DNA of 64,000 nt from contig NW_024704771.1 in assembly GCF_018977255.1 (NCBI RefSeq), forward strand, positions 3,968,001 through 4,032,000, given 5' to 3'. A model generated the notes under the pieces. It made no database searches, was not told where the DNA came from, and saw nothing but the letters and a program-made list of their open reading frames with translations. A program made the position numbers and the translations under genes. Below, piece after piece: positions 1 to 11,850 of the stretch (position 1 is its first letter; each line of letters starts with the position of its first letter). The stretch is from Callorhinchus milii. Lineage: Eukaryota.

Positions 1-432
1 GGCCTTCAGCCTCTCAGCCCCGAGGCTCTGGAACTCTATCCTCCAGTGCCTTCGCCGCTTCCTCCCTCTCCTCCTTCAAGGCCGGTCTCAAAACCTTTCT
101 CTTTGACCTTCAGCCTTCAGCTCCGCTCTCGACTCTCTACACCCTCCTCGCTCCCTCCCTTCCCTCCCCTCACCCTGACCATTTCCCCCCTCCTCGCTCC
201 CTCCCTTCCCTCCCCTCACCCTGACCATTTCCCCCCTCCTCGCTCCCTCCCTTCCCTCCCCTCACCCTGACCATTTCCCCCCTCCTCGCTCCCTCCCTTC
301 CCTCCCCTCACCCTGACCATTTCCCCCCCAATGCTCGGGTCATGACCCAACTGTGCAGCGCCTCGGGACGTCCTCCCGACGTGAAAGGCGCTTTATAAAT
401 GGAATCTTGTTGTTGTTGTTGTTGTTGTTGTT
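1..432 (+). mobile_element. L2-clade LINE 3' end with 4 copies of a 46-bp repeat and a (TTG)n tail
   Basis: Matches the L2 fragment at 30075-31150; terminal cagcgcctcgggacgtcctcccgacgtgaaaggcgct followed by (ttg)n. Confidence 0.8.
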
Positions 433-440
433 GCGCGCAG

Positions 441-2394
441 GAGCAGGCCGGCCGTTTGCTGAACCACATCACGGCCGAGTTCTCTCAGATGCGGCAGATC
501 CTGGACGAGAAAGAGGCGCGTTTGATCCAGGAGCTGAAGGACAGAGAAACGGACGTGCTGAAAGCGACCGGTGAAAGTCTCTGCCTGATCGAGAGCGACT
601 TGAGAGCCATCGAGCACGAGTTAGAGAGCTGCTGGAAGAGGTTCAACGAACCAAACCCGATGACCTTTCTGAAGGTAGGGAGATGGTTTCGAAAGCGAAG
701 GATCAAAATAATAATCGTCGCGTTTGACGTAGCACCTTATCACGCTTTCGAGACGTCTCGAAGTGCTGCGCCTGAATAAAGGGGAGTGACTGTGCATTCG
801 GTGGGCGCACGTAGGGTTTCGCCCACAAATATACGGTCGGTTCGCTTTGCAGCATAGTCCGTGAAGCGCTTCGAGACGTCGAGAAGGATTGCGAGGATTA
901 TTATTATACACTTGCCGAAGCGTTCCCCCCCGCCTGGGAATCGAACCCACGTCCTCTCGCTTGCGAGCCACGTGCTCCAACCAATGCTCTCCAGGGCACG
1001 GATTATCAGTTTAATATAGTAACGTACTAACCTTCGCCGACAAGAGGTTTGCTCTGCGTGTTAATTCACAAATTTGAAATTGGAATGCATTTACTTGTTC
1101 GTTTCGTTGCAGGGCGAGTCTTCGCGGACCAGCGGGTAAGATTCCTTGTTTTGTCATCAATCTCCGTCCTCTTATTCCGACGGCTGATTTCAAGACACGA
1201 TGGTTTCTGGGTTCTTAATCTCACGTCAACCCCGTTTTGTTATTGCAGAAGAACGGCAAACTACAAATGTCTGTCCCTGGTCCCCAGCGAACTCCCGCTT
1301 GGGCCGTTCACAGGTCCCTTGCAGTATAAAGTGTGGAAGGAAATGTTCAGTCTTATCAGTCCGGGTGAGTGACGGAGGAAGAGGGGGGGTTGCGAAACCG
1401 CCGGATGGAGTGAGGAAGGCAGGGAATAAGTAACTGGGAGTGGGAGGGAACGTATAAGTAGGGGAGGGAGGGTGGGAGTATGTAACCAGTGGGTTGAGGG
1501 AGTTTGTGACCGAGAGCAAAAGAGAGTGAGTGTGTGAGTGCATAATAGAGAAGGAACGAATAAATAGACAAACGAGAGCGAGCGTGCGAAAGAGTACGTG
1601 GGAGAGGGAACGAGGGAGCGAGTGAGTTCGTAAACTCAGGGAGAGAATGAACGGACGAATGAATAAGAGAGAGAGAGCACGGGTTATGAACAGGGATGAG
1701 TGAGTGTGCGAACGGGTGTGTGGGAGAATGAAGGAGCGAGGGAGTGAGAGAGTGAGAGTGAGGATCGATTCAGCGTGCGAGATGCCCGTGAATCCTAACT
1801 TTTAATTCTTCTCGACCTTTTTCCCTCTTGGCTCCGAACACAAAAGTCCCGGCATTCATGACCCTGGATGCCAGAACAGCCCACCCGCATCTCATCGTGT
1901 CCGAGGACCTGATTAGTGTGAGGTATTCCGATGATTTCCAGGTGCTCCCGGATACCCCAGAGAGGTTCGATGAGTGTGTCAGTGTCCTGGGATCTCAGGG
2001 CTTCACATCAGGGAGACATTACTGGGAGGTGCAGGTGGGCAATAAGACCAAGTGGGATTTGGGGGTGGCCAGAGAGTCCATCAACAGGAAGGGCTCAATT
2101 CTTCCCTCTCCTGGTACCGGATACTGGCTCTTAGGGCTCCGGAACAGGAATGAATATGAAGCTCGAACCTCACCCACCACTCTCCTGACCCAGGGAACCA
2201 ATCCTCGGAAGATCGGAGTTTACCTGGACTATGAGGGGGGACAGGTTTCATTTTACAACGCTGATAACATGTCTCATCTTTACACCTTCACTGAAACTTT
2301 CACTGAGAAACTTTATCCCGACTTCAGCCCCTGTTTGAACGAGGACGGGAAGAATGCGGAGCCGCTGAGAATCTCCCTGGCTATGAATAATTAA
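441..2394 (+). CDS. G1: class IV TRIM protein, 3' part (coiled coil + PRY/SPRY); exons 1-2 lie upstream of the window
   Basis: Exons 441-674 (234 bp, [14 protein letters not shown]...), 1113-1135 (23 bp), 1249-1364 (116 bp, [15 protein letters not shown]) and 1847-2394 ([11 protein letters not shown]...GRHYWEVQV...[10 protein letters not shown]). GT-AG boundaries and exon sizes match the paralogs. Confidence 0.9.
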
Positions 2395-2589
2395 TAATGA
2401 CTACTATTCGAGATTAGCCTGTTCACAAACTGTCCCACCTCTTGCTAGTTCAGGGTTAACTAATTCAAATTAACGAAGAAATTCGACATCCATTTTTGAG
2501 GTTCTGTCCTCGAATGATTCGGGTCTTATCTCTCACACCGTCTCCAATCTGTCGCCACCAACGATTCTCTTTCAGCCACCGCACAGTCT

Positions 2590-3456
2590 TTCTTGTGCGA
2601 TGTTCCTCAGGGCTCTGTCCTCGATCTCCTCCACTTCAACCTCACGTGCTCTCCCTTGGATGACACCGTCTGCAGATCTGGGGTCAATTTCCGGATGTGC
2701 GCGGATGACACCCAACTCTATCTCTCTGCCTCCACCCTCATGATCGACCTTCAACTGTCCTTTCTCCCCCATATCTAGGCCATGACCCGCTCTGCTTTCC
2801 TCCACCTCCCCAACATTGCCCAATTCCACCAGTGCCTCACCCCTCAGGCCGCCAAAACCCTCATACATGCATTCGTCACCTCAAGGCTCAACTACGGAGA
2901 CCCCCTCCTTGTCGCCCTCCCCAACTCTATTCCCTCCACAAGCTGCAGACCATCCAGAACTCATGTCCTTCAGAACCACTCACGTCCTCTCCCGCACCGG
3001 GCTCCGTGATCCCATCAACCCCCACCCTGGCCCGGCTCCACTGGCTCCGCATCCCTCAGAGGATTAGCATTCAAAATCCTCGTCCTCACTCTCAAGGCCC
3101 TCGACAGTCTTGACCCATCCTACCTCTCTGACGGCTGACCCCTTATTAAGCTGTCCACTCCCTCAGTTCAGCATGCTCCAGGCTTGCTCCATGTCTCTCG
3201 GCCGACCCTCCCTACAATCAATCCCCTGGGCCTTCAGCTTCTCTGCCCCCCTTGGACCTCCATCTCACAATCCCTTTGCCTTGCTCTCTCCCCTCCTTTT
3301 CGATCGTGCCTTCAGCCATCCTCCTACCTCTCGGCCCTCCCTCATCCCAACCCCACCCTCAGGTCCTGATCCCTGACTGTTCAGCGCCTTGGATCGTCCT
3401 CCCGATGTGAAAGGCGTTTTACAAATGTCATTTTGTTGTTGTTGTTGTTGTTGTTG
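2590..3456 (+). mobile_element. Degenerate L2 LINE fragment (RT to 3' tail)
   Basis: VPQGSVL...ADDTQLY, SAFLHLPNIA, LIHAFVTSRLNY, LARLHWLRI motifs; (ttg)n tail. Confidence 0.85.
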
Positions 3457-4895
3457 TCTAACTCACCCATCACTGAGAACCACTTACCTCTCTGCAGTGA
3501 TCTAAATTACAATAACGTAATAATAATAATGACATTAATTCTTGCATTTGGTATCGCACCTTATCACGTCTTTGAGACGTCTCAAAGCGCTTCGCGGAAT
3601 GTACTGCAAAGTGGATTGACTGTATATTTTGTCGGATCGAGTGACAATTTTTTTGGAGGGATTATTACTTCCGTAAAAGTGATCTGCCGCATATCTGCCG
3701 GGTGAAACCTTCACGTCATGGAGGACGCAAAAAAAAAAAAAAATCGGTCACTTCACAATCCACGACTGTTTGGGACACTGCCGTCCGCCAATGGCTGACG
3801 TGTTTCGCCCCCAAATTTACAGGTAATTCACTTTACAGCATATTCTGTGAAGCACTTTAGATGTCTAGAAGATGCGCAAAGCGCTATACCACATGTATTA
3901 TTATTATTATCATTATTATTATTATTATTATTATTATCCCAAAGCACTTCAGCTGCTGTTTGCCATTATTTTGTGAAATAGGCGGATTTACTCATATGAT
4001 GTAAAGTGTTGCTGTGAATTGAAGTTTATTTTTGTTTGTTGTCTAATTGATGGCGTTTACCGAATGGAATTCATCACGAACGCTAAACGTGTGAGTTTGC
4101 AAATCACGAATCATCGATCACCGATCATTACGAAACCCGGCAGCTGGCGCTTTACACATCATTTTTTACCAAATGTTTTACCAAAATCCACATTGCTCCT
4201 GTGTCTGATCGCAGTACTGATCGGGTTTGCCGTCTTTGGTTTCGTGGGTAACGAGTTTGACACTATCAAACCCATCGCAGAGTGCTTTCATTGGGAATCG
4301 CTGGCAAGTGCAGTGACTGTTTTTGTACTCCTACAAATCCGCGCGGGCAACTTAGCCGGGAAATAGTCTGTCCCCCCCCCAACTCCCTTCTCCTTTCCGA
4401 CTCGGTGAGTTTCGCGTGTGAGTTTCTGCCTGAGTGAATGCGTGTGTGTGTGTGTGCGTGTGTGTATTTGTGTGGCTGTAGGTGCGTCTGTGCCTATGTA
4501 TTTGTTTTTAATCTCTCTCTGTGTATGTGTACGTGAGTCTCTCTCTGTTGCTCTGTCCATGTGTGTTTATGTGTCAATGTTTGCACCTCTGCATTTGTGT
4601 GCGCGTGTCTCTCTCTGTATGTATGGCTATGTGTTTGCGTGTGTCCCCATGTGTGTGTGTGTGTCTCTCCGTCTGTGCGTCAGTGTCTGTGTCTCTTTGT
4701 GTTTGTGTGGATCTCTATGCGTGTGTGTGTCTCCGTGTATTCAGTATTCAGGGCGTGCCTGAGATTGAGCTGATCACTGAACACACGGACCGGTCTGACT
4801 GGTAACCCTGGCTATATAAACAGAACCGTCCCCGATCCGCCAAGCCCTGCCCTGCCCTGCCCTCCCTACCGGTTGATCGAGTCAGACCGAAGAAG

Positions 4896-7602
4896 ATGGC
4901 TTCCTGGAGCGAGACCGAGCTGCTGACAGAGGAGCTGATCTGCTCGGTTTGCCTGGAGATCTTCGCCGACCCGGTCACTCTGCAGTGCGGTCACTGCTTT
5001 TGCCGAGCCTGTATCACCCGGTACTGGGGGCGTCCGGGGGTGCGGAGGTGCCCCCACTGCCGCCAGAGCTTTACAGAGGGGGACCTGAGGCAAAGCCGAG
5101 TGCTGGGGAACCTGGCTGATAAAGCTCGAGGTCTGAGCCTGAGAAGGAGCTGCGAGGAGCGGGAAGGAGATCTGAAGTCCAGCGAGGATCACCACAAACC
5201 TATCTGCTTGGCGTGTGGGGGGGAGTGGCGGGACAGTCACCGGGAAGTGGCTGACACACAAGGCAAGGTAAGAGAGGCGCTGACCCTCACAGGGGATGGC
5301 ACTGCGATTCTCCCCGCTGACCCTGCTTCCTCTGCCGAGGACATCCTCCATTCAAACTGGCCGCCCGCCCGTGTTCGTTGAACAAAACCACATTCAGCTT
5401 TTCTGCCCCAAACTCTGGAATTCTATCCTGGAGCTCCTCTGCCTCGCGCCCTTGCCCTCCTTTGCCTCCTTCAAGGTCCGTCACAGGACTCTCTTTGACA
5501 GTGTCCGGAGTCATCTTCGCTCCTTCACTCTTGACTCCAACCCCCAGTTTGGACAACAAGATTACATTTGTATAGCGCCTTTCACGTCGGGAGGACGTCC
5601 CAAGGCCCTGGACAGTGTACAGCATTTCAGACCCGAGCTGGGGTCGGGGGGAAGAAGGGAGAGGAGAGGGGGGGGGTGACCGATGGCATGGTCGAAGAGA
5701 GGGTTTTGAGGCGGGACTTGAAGGAGGCTAAGGAGGGGGTGAGGCGGAGTGGGGGATGGAATTCCAGGCGTTGGGGGCAGAGGGGCTGAAGGCTCTCCCA
5801 CCAATGGTGGGGCGGAGGGTCGGGGGACGAGGAGCAGGCCAGAGCCGGCTGAGCGTAGGGAGCGGGCTGGTTGATGGGGGGTTAGGAGGCCACAGAGGTA
5901 GGGTGGGGCGAGGCCATGGAAGGCTTTGTAGGTGAGGACCGGGATCTTGAACTGGATCCTCTGAAGGACAGGGAGCCAATGGAGTCGGGCGAGAGTGGGG
6001 GAGATGGGGTCACGGAGTTTGGTGCGGGAGATGACACGGGCGGCAGAGTTCTGGATTACCTGCAGCCTGTGGAGGGAGGAGTTGGGAAGGCCGACAAGCG
6101 GGGAGTTTGCATAGTCGAGCCTGGAGGTGAAGGCATGATCAAGAGTTTCAGCGGCCTGAGGGGTGAGGCAGTGGCGGAGTCGGGCGATGTTACGGAGGTG
6201 AGGGAAGGCAGAGCGGATCATGGCTTGGACGTGGGGAAGAAAAGAGAATTGACTGTTGACCAAGACACCCGGGTTCCTGATGGCTGGTGAGTTGAAGTGT
6301 GCAACCATGGAGGTTGACGCTGCCAGAGCCTGAGGTGCTGAGGCAATGGCGTGAGCCGATCGGGAGGGCCTCAGTCTTGTTCACATTCAACTGTAGGAAA
6401 TTTGCAAGTGAATGTGCTCTACATAAACACAAAGCTCGTTAAAGCTCTTCCCTTCTTGGGAAATTAGGAGAGAATTTCTCTTCCTCCACCCAGTGACAAT
6501 ACCCCAGATACAATCGCTTGTTTGCTTCATGGCTGTGTGCAATTTGGCCGCCGTGGTGGTCTACAAAACACAATCACTGCGCTTTGCAGTGAAATGCACT
6601 CTGAGACAACTCCCAGACGTGAACGGTGTCACGTCAGATCGAACGCTATATCTTATTGATATTTGTGGAGTCCTGTGGCTCAGTGGTTAGAGCGCTCGCT
6701 TTGCAAGCGAGAGACCTGACTTCAATCCCAGGCAGAGGGCCAAACCTCGGGCAAGTTTCCTTACCCCACACAGAGCCTAATAATAATCCCTCCAAAACCA
6801 AAAACAATAATAAATTGGTCATTTTCAATCCACGACTGTTTATGGGACATTGCTGTGGGCAATTGGCTGCCGCGTTCGCCCACAAATATACAGTCATTTC
6901 ACTTTACAGTATATTCTGTGAAGCGCTTTGGGATAATAATAATAATAATCCTCGCATTTGATATAGCGCTTTTCACGTCGGGAGGACGTCCCAAAGCGCT
7001 TCACAGAACACACTGTAAAGTGAATCGACTGTATATTTGTGGGCGAACGCGGCAGCCAATTGCGCACAGCAAAATGTCCGGGATGTCCTCCCGACGTGAA
7101 AAGCGCTATATCAAATGCAAGGATTATTATTATTATTATTATTATTATCGTACGGCCTGAGACGTAAAAGTTTTTACGTTCCTTTACCGCGTGCCCAGGA
7201 CAATTTCACAGTCGCCGAAGTCTCCCTGAAAGAGAGGAAAGCAGCGGTTTGTGATGCAAAAACGAGACAGGAGGAGAATATCACGGATATTAAAGTAAGT
7301 CGCGGCCGTTTGATTTTAGCGGAAATTCTGCAAAGGTCAGGGGTCTGATTTCCAGTGTGGTGGCCGGGCTCTCCATCGTGTTTCTCGCTTTACTTTGTGA
7401 TGTCTTACTGCGTGGAATTGAGGTACAGATCAGCCACCATCTTAATACCGGGTGGTCCAATCTGCTGAGGGCCGGATACCCTTTGAGGAGCGCACTCGGG
7501 CTGCGTAGCGGCATTTTTGAGTTTCCTTTCCAGAAACGTAACATTTACAGGTGGGGTGGACCGGATGAAATGGAAGGAGGGGGAATTGGATCAACCTGAA
7601 TA

Positions 7603-7636
<34 letters not shown>

Positions 7637-10134
7637 CCTTGCATTTGATATAGCGCTTTTCACGTCGGGAGAGGACGTCCCAAAGCGCTTCACAGAACAC
7701 ACTGTAAAGCGAATTGACTGTATATTTGTGGGCGAACGCGGCAGTCAGGTCTCTCGCTTGCAAAGCGAGTGCTCTAACCACTGAGCTACAGGACTCCACA
7801 ATGACCAAACAGACTGACTGAACAGGCTCAAGGGGCTGAATGGCCTCCTCCTGTTCTTATGTTCCTACGTCTGACGCCTTCATTTTACAGGAACAGGCGA
7901 GCAGTCTGCAGAATCACATCGCGGGTGAGTTCGCTAAAATGCATCAGAGCCTCTATGACAGAGAGCAGCGTGTTATCCGAGAGCTCAGACAGCGAGAGGA
8001 GGAGATTCTACAGCGAATGGAAACCAATCTGCAAGAGATTCAAGACAATTTAGACTCTGTTGAGAGAGAGCTGTTAACAATACAAAGGCAAAGAGATCAC
8101 CAAGAGACATTCACTGTCCTAAAGGTACCGGCAACTTGATAATAATCCTCAGATTTGACACAGAGTTCTCCATAAAGTGTAGTGACAGCGTTTGTAGGCA
8201 AAGGCGGCACAGGACGATCATTGGCCTGGATCATAGAGAGAAACGGCTTCTGTTCTCCCTGACTGTGTTGTGGATAATAATAATCCTTGCATTCGAGATA
8301 ACGCCTTATCGCGTCTTCGAGAAGTCTCAAAGCGCTTCACCGAATATACCGTAAGGTGAATGGACCGTATATTTTTGGGGCGAAACTTAACAGGCAGCGA
8401 CAGGAGGTGGAGTTTGAGGTCTCATTTGAAAGACGGTCCCTCTGACAACGCAGAGGTGCTTTTTTAAATAGAGATCGCGGTTCCCTACCCCCTCCACCAG
8501 TTCCTTCCTCGTGCCTACTCCCTTCTTCCACGTGCGTGTCGTGCTCCTAGACTGTTGGTGGATGTTGCGTGTGTGGACGCCCACGTGCTCTTGTACGTTG
8601 CATTCGCCTGCATTGTGTGCACGCGGACGCATATCCGTCGGCGTGCATCTTTCCGCGCTCGCGGGCACACGTTTGTATGTGGGTGCATGAGTTTGCATAA
8701 TTCTTTTGCGTGTGTTTTTATGCGCGTGTACATACGAGGAGTTCGTGTAAGCGTGCGATTGTCTGCTCAGATCTGTGCTGTGTTTGTTTTAGGACAAGAC
8801 GGGTCTGAAGAGAAGGTAAGACATTCCCTTTGTACAAACTCATTAAGCAGAGTAACTTGCCAAATTGCTGGACTTCCATTGCCAATCGCCGGGTACTTCC
8901 TTCTTCTAGGCTCAGCGAAAAAAACAGGGGAACATCTGCGATCCACGAAGATCTCTCTCTGGGATTGTTCAAGGGGCCTTTACAGTACACGGCGTGGAAA
9001 AAGATTTTAGCCAACATCAGCCCAGGTAGAGTCTTACAATTTCCCTTCTTAGAAGGCTGAGGAAAGAGCTCCCAAACCAGAGAAGTCTTAGCTTCTGAAC
9101 AACAAGAAATTAAATTTGTATAACACCTTTTGGGAGGACATCCCAAGGTGCCGGACAGTCAAGAGATTTGGATCCGAGCTGGGGGTCGGGATCAGGTACG
9201 GTGGAGGGCAGGGAGGGCGGACGTAGGAGGGTAACCGAAGGTGCGATCAAGGAGGAGAGTCTTGACCTGGGGCTTGCGGGAGGCAAAAGATAGAGCGGAG
9301 CGAAGAGACTGTGCGTGGACTTCCAAAGTGTGGGGATAGATCGGCTAAAAGGCCCGACCGCTGATAGTTGAAAGCAATTTGGAGTTAGGGGTGTAAGCCA
9401 GTTAATAATTCCTCACATTTGATACACCATCAAAATATCTCAATACACTTTACGGGGAATTGCTGCCAAGTGTAGTGGCTGTTTATATCTGGATGTTCAA
9501 TATCCACCTTTCAGTTGCGTGAAAAAAGTATGTGAGAATATAGATGGTGGCTTTAACAGTTCGACTGAAGAATAATATCAGCCATCCTCTTCCAGCTCCG
9601 GCTTCGCTGACTCTGGATCCTGACACAGCCCATCCCCGGCTCATCCTGTCTGAGGACCTGACCAGTGTGAGACACGGAGACAAGCGGCAGCCGCTCCCTG
9701 ACACCCCGGAGAGGTTTGATCCCTACGTCTGTGTCCTGGGATCTGAGGGCTTCACATGGGGGAGACATTACTGGGAGGTGAAGGTGGGGAAAAAGACAAA
9801 GTGGGATGTGGGAGTGGTCGGAGAGTCCGTCGACAGGAAAGGGAATGCATCGCCAATACCGGAGAACGGATTCTGGATTGTGTGGCTGAGGAACAGAAAC
9901 CAATATTGTGCTGTCGCCTCACCTCGTACCCGCCTGACCCTGGCAGTGAGACCCAGGAAGATCGGGGTGTACCTGGACTATGAGGGGGGACAGGTGTCGT
10001 TTTACAACGCTGATAACATGTCTCATCTCCACACTTTCACCGATACGTTCACCGAGAAACTTTTTCCTTACTTCAGTCCCTGTTTGAACGAAGGGGGAAG
10101 AAACTCGGAGTCGCTGAGAATCTGTCACGTGTAG
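4896..10134 (+). CDS. G2: TRIM39/NF7-like RING-(degenerate B-box)-CC-PRY/SPRY E3 ligase
   Basis: Exons 4896-5267, 7199-7294, 7891-8124, 8793-8815, 8910-9025, 9596-10134. C3HC4 RING (CSVC...CGHCFCRAC...CPHC), open frame throughout, GT-AG sites. Confidence 0.9.
5555..6400 (-). mobile_element. L2 LINE 3' fragment in G2 intron 1
   Basis: ORF 5562-6308: [13 protein letters not shown]...SRLDYANS...[13 protein letters not shown], and LQLNVNKTE upstream. Confidence 0.9.
6665..7148 (+). mobile_element. tRNA-Ala-derived SINE with an antisense SINE fragment (6934-7079) nested in its tail
   Basis: Head gtcctgtggctcagtggttagagcgctcgctttgcaagcg with A/B-box-like motifs; L2-like tail and (TTA)n; the internal segment is the reverse complement of the same family. 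Confidence 0.85.
7604..7800 (-). mobile_element. tRNA-Ala SINE, internally deleted copy
   Basis: Head (7800-7746) joined directly to the 3' half (7745-7604) with a (TAA)n tail. Confidence 0.8.
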
Positions 10135-10400
10135 ACAGATTAAATCTGACAGACCTGACTTAGACGGATTGGTAAAATGGGCGGAAACGCGGCAGATGTG
10201 GTTTCATGTGGAGAAATGTGAAGTGTTGCATTTTGGTAGGAAGAATGAGGAGAGGCAGTATAAGCTGATGGTACAATCTTAAAGGGGGCGAATGATCAGA
10301 GAGCCCTGGGGTCAGTAACCCAAGGTCACCGATTTAAGATAGTTGTTAAAAGAAATAGAGGGGAGGTCGGAAGAAATGTTTTCACCCAGCGAGTTGTTCA
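10135..10400 (+). mobile_element. CR1-clade LINE fragment directly after the G2 stop
   Basis: Encodes DLDGLVKWAETRQMWFHVEKCEVLHFGRKN, the typical CR1 ORF2 region C-terminal to RT. Confidence 0.75.
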
Positions 10401-10415
10401 GATCTGGAATGCATT

Positions 10416-11030
10416 CCCTAAAAAACCCTAACCCTAATTCAAGATCCTCATCCTCACCTACAAGGCCATTCACGGCCTCGCTCCCTCCTACCTCTCCGAC
10501 CTACTATCCCCCTACCTACCGGCCCGTACCCTCCGTTCCTCCGGCTCCGGTCTGCTCCACATCCCCCGCCCCAACCGCCCTACCATCGGTGGTCGGGCCT
10601 TCAGCCTCTCAGCCCTTAGGCTCTGGAACTCCATCCCCCAGTGCCTTCGCCGCTTCCTCCCTTTCCTCCTTCAAGACCGGTCTCTTTGACCTTCAGCCTT
10701 CAGCTCCCCTCTCGACTCTCTACCCCCTCCTCGCTCCCTCCCTCCCTTGATATAGCGCTTTTCACGTCGGGAGAGGACGTCCCAAAGCGCTTCACAGAAC
10801 ACACTGTAAAGTGAATTGACTGTATATTTGTGGGCGAACGCGGCAGCCAATCGCGCACAGAATATACTGTAAGTTGATTTGACTGTGTATTTTGTGACAA
10901 TTGGCTGCTGCGTTTCGCCCACAAATATGCGGTCAATTCACTTTTGCAGCGTATTCTGTGAAGCTCTTTGAGACGTCTAGAAGATGTGCAAAGCGCTGTA
11001 TTAAATGCAAGGATTATTATTATTATTATT
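10416..11030. mobile_element. L2 3' fragment (+, 10416-10745) followed by two oppositely oriented SINE 3' halves
   Basis: Near-identical to 30200-30510; SINE tail on - at 10748-10860 and on + at about 10860-11030. Confidence 0.75.
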
Positions 11031-11850
11031 GTTGCGGGCGAAACACAGCCCATTGTGCGCAGCAGTATCCCACGATCAGTTCTGAATTGAGTGACCCATT
11101 TTTTTCTGAGCGATTATTAGCCCGAAAGGTGATCCACCGATCGACTAACAACCGGGATCCTGCTTCCTGCAAGGTAAACCGAGAACGTATGGAGTAAGGA
11201 AACTTCCCTAAGGTTTTGCCCTGCCCAGGAATCGAACCCGGGTCCTCCGGCTTGCGAGGCGAGTGCTCTAACCAGTACGCTTCAGGACTTTGCGATTTTA
11301 GGCGGCTGTGAGTCCAAAAATGGTGCCTGGAATGACTTGCGGTGGGGAGGAAAACACAAGAGTTAGGAACCGGCCTGGAATGGTTGGGGTACCTGGATTC
11401 GGATTGGAACGTACCTTTAGCCTTTCCAGATGAAGAACAAAACCCCACAGGTACCGGCCAGGAAAATGAAGAAGCACCACCATGGAGCTGCCTGGCTCAG
11501 GACGAGAGTCGGCCGCAGACAGTGGACTCCATGTTTGATGCTGAAAGCGTCACTGCCATACTGCCCGCTCCCTCTGTTCAGCGGGCTCCGGCCTGCTTCA
11601 CGTCCCCCACCTCGCTCGCCCCACCTTTGTCAGGCATCCCGCAGTCTCTTCGCCTCACCCCCTTCCTTTCCCTCCTTCAAGCCCCATCTCAGGGCCCGAC
11701 CGTGCTTTCGATCACCCTCCTTCCCCCCCCCCACCCCCCGCTCTTCACCCTTCCTGATTCCCAACCCCCAACTGTGATCCGACTGTCCAGCGCCGTGGGA
11801 CATCCTCCCAACGTGAAAGGCGCTATGCACACGTAATTTTGTTGTTGTTA

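Noticed and set aside
4418-4805. Cys/Val-rich ORFs
   Set aside because: Translation of TG-rich simple sequence.
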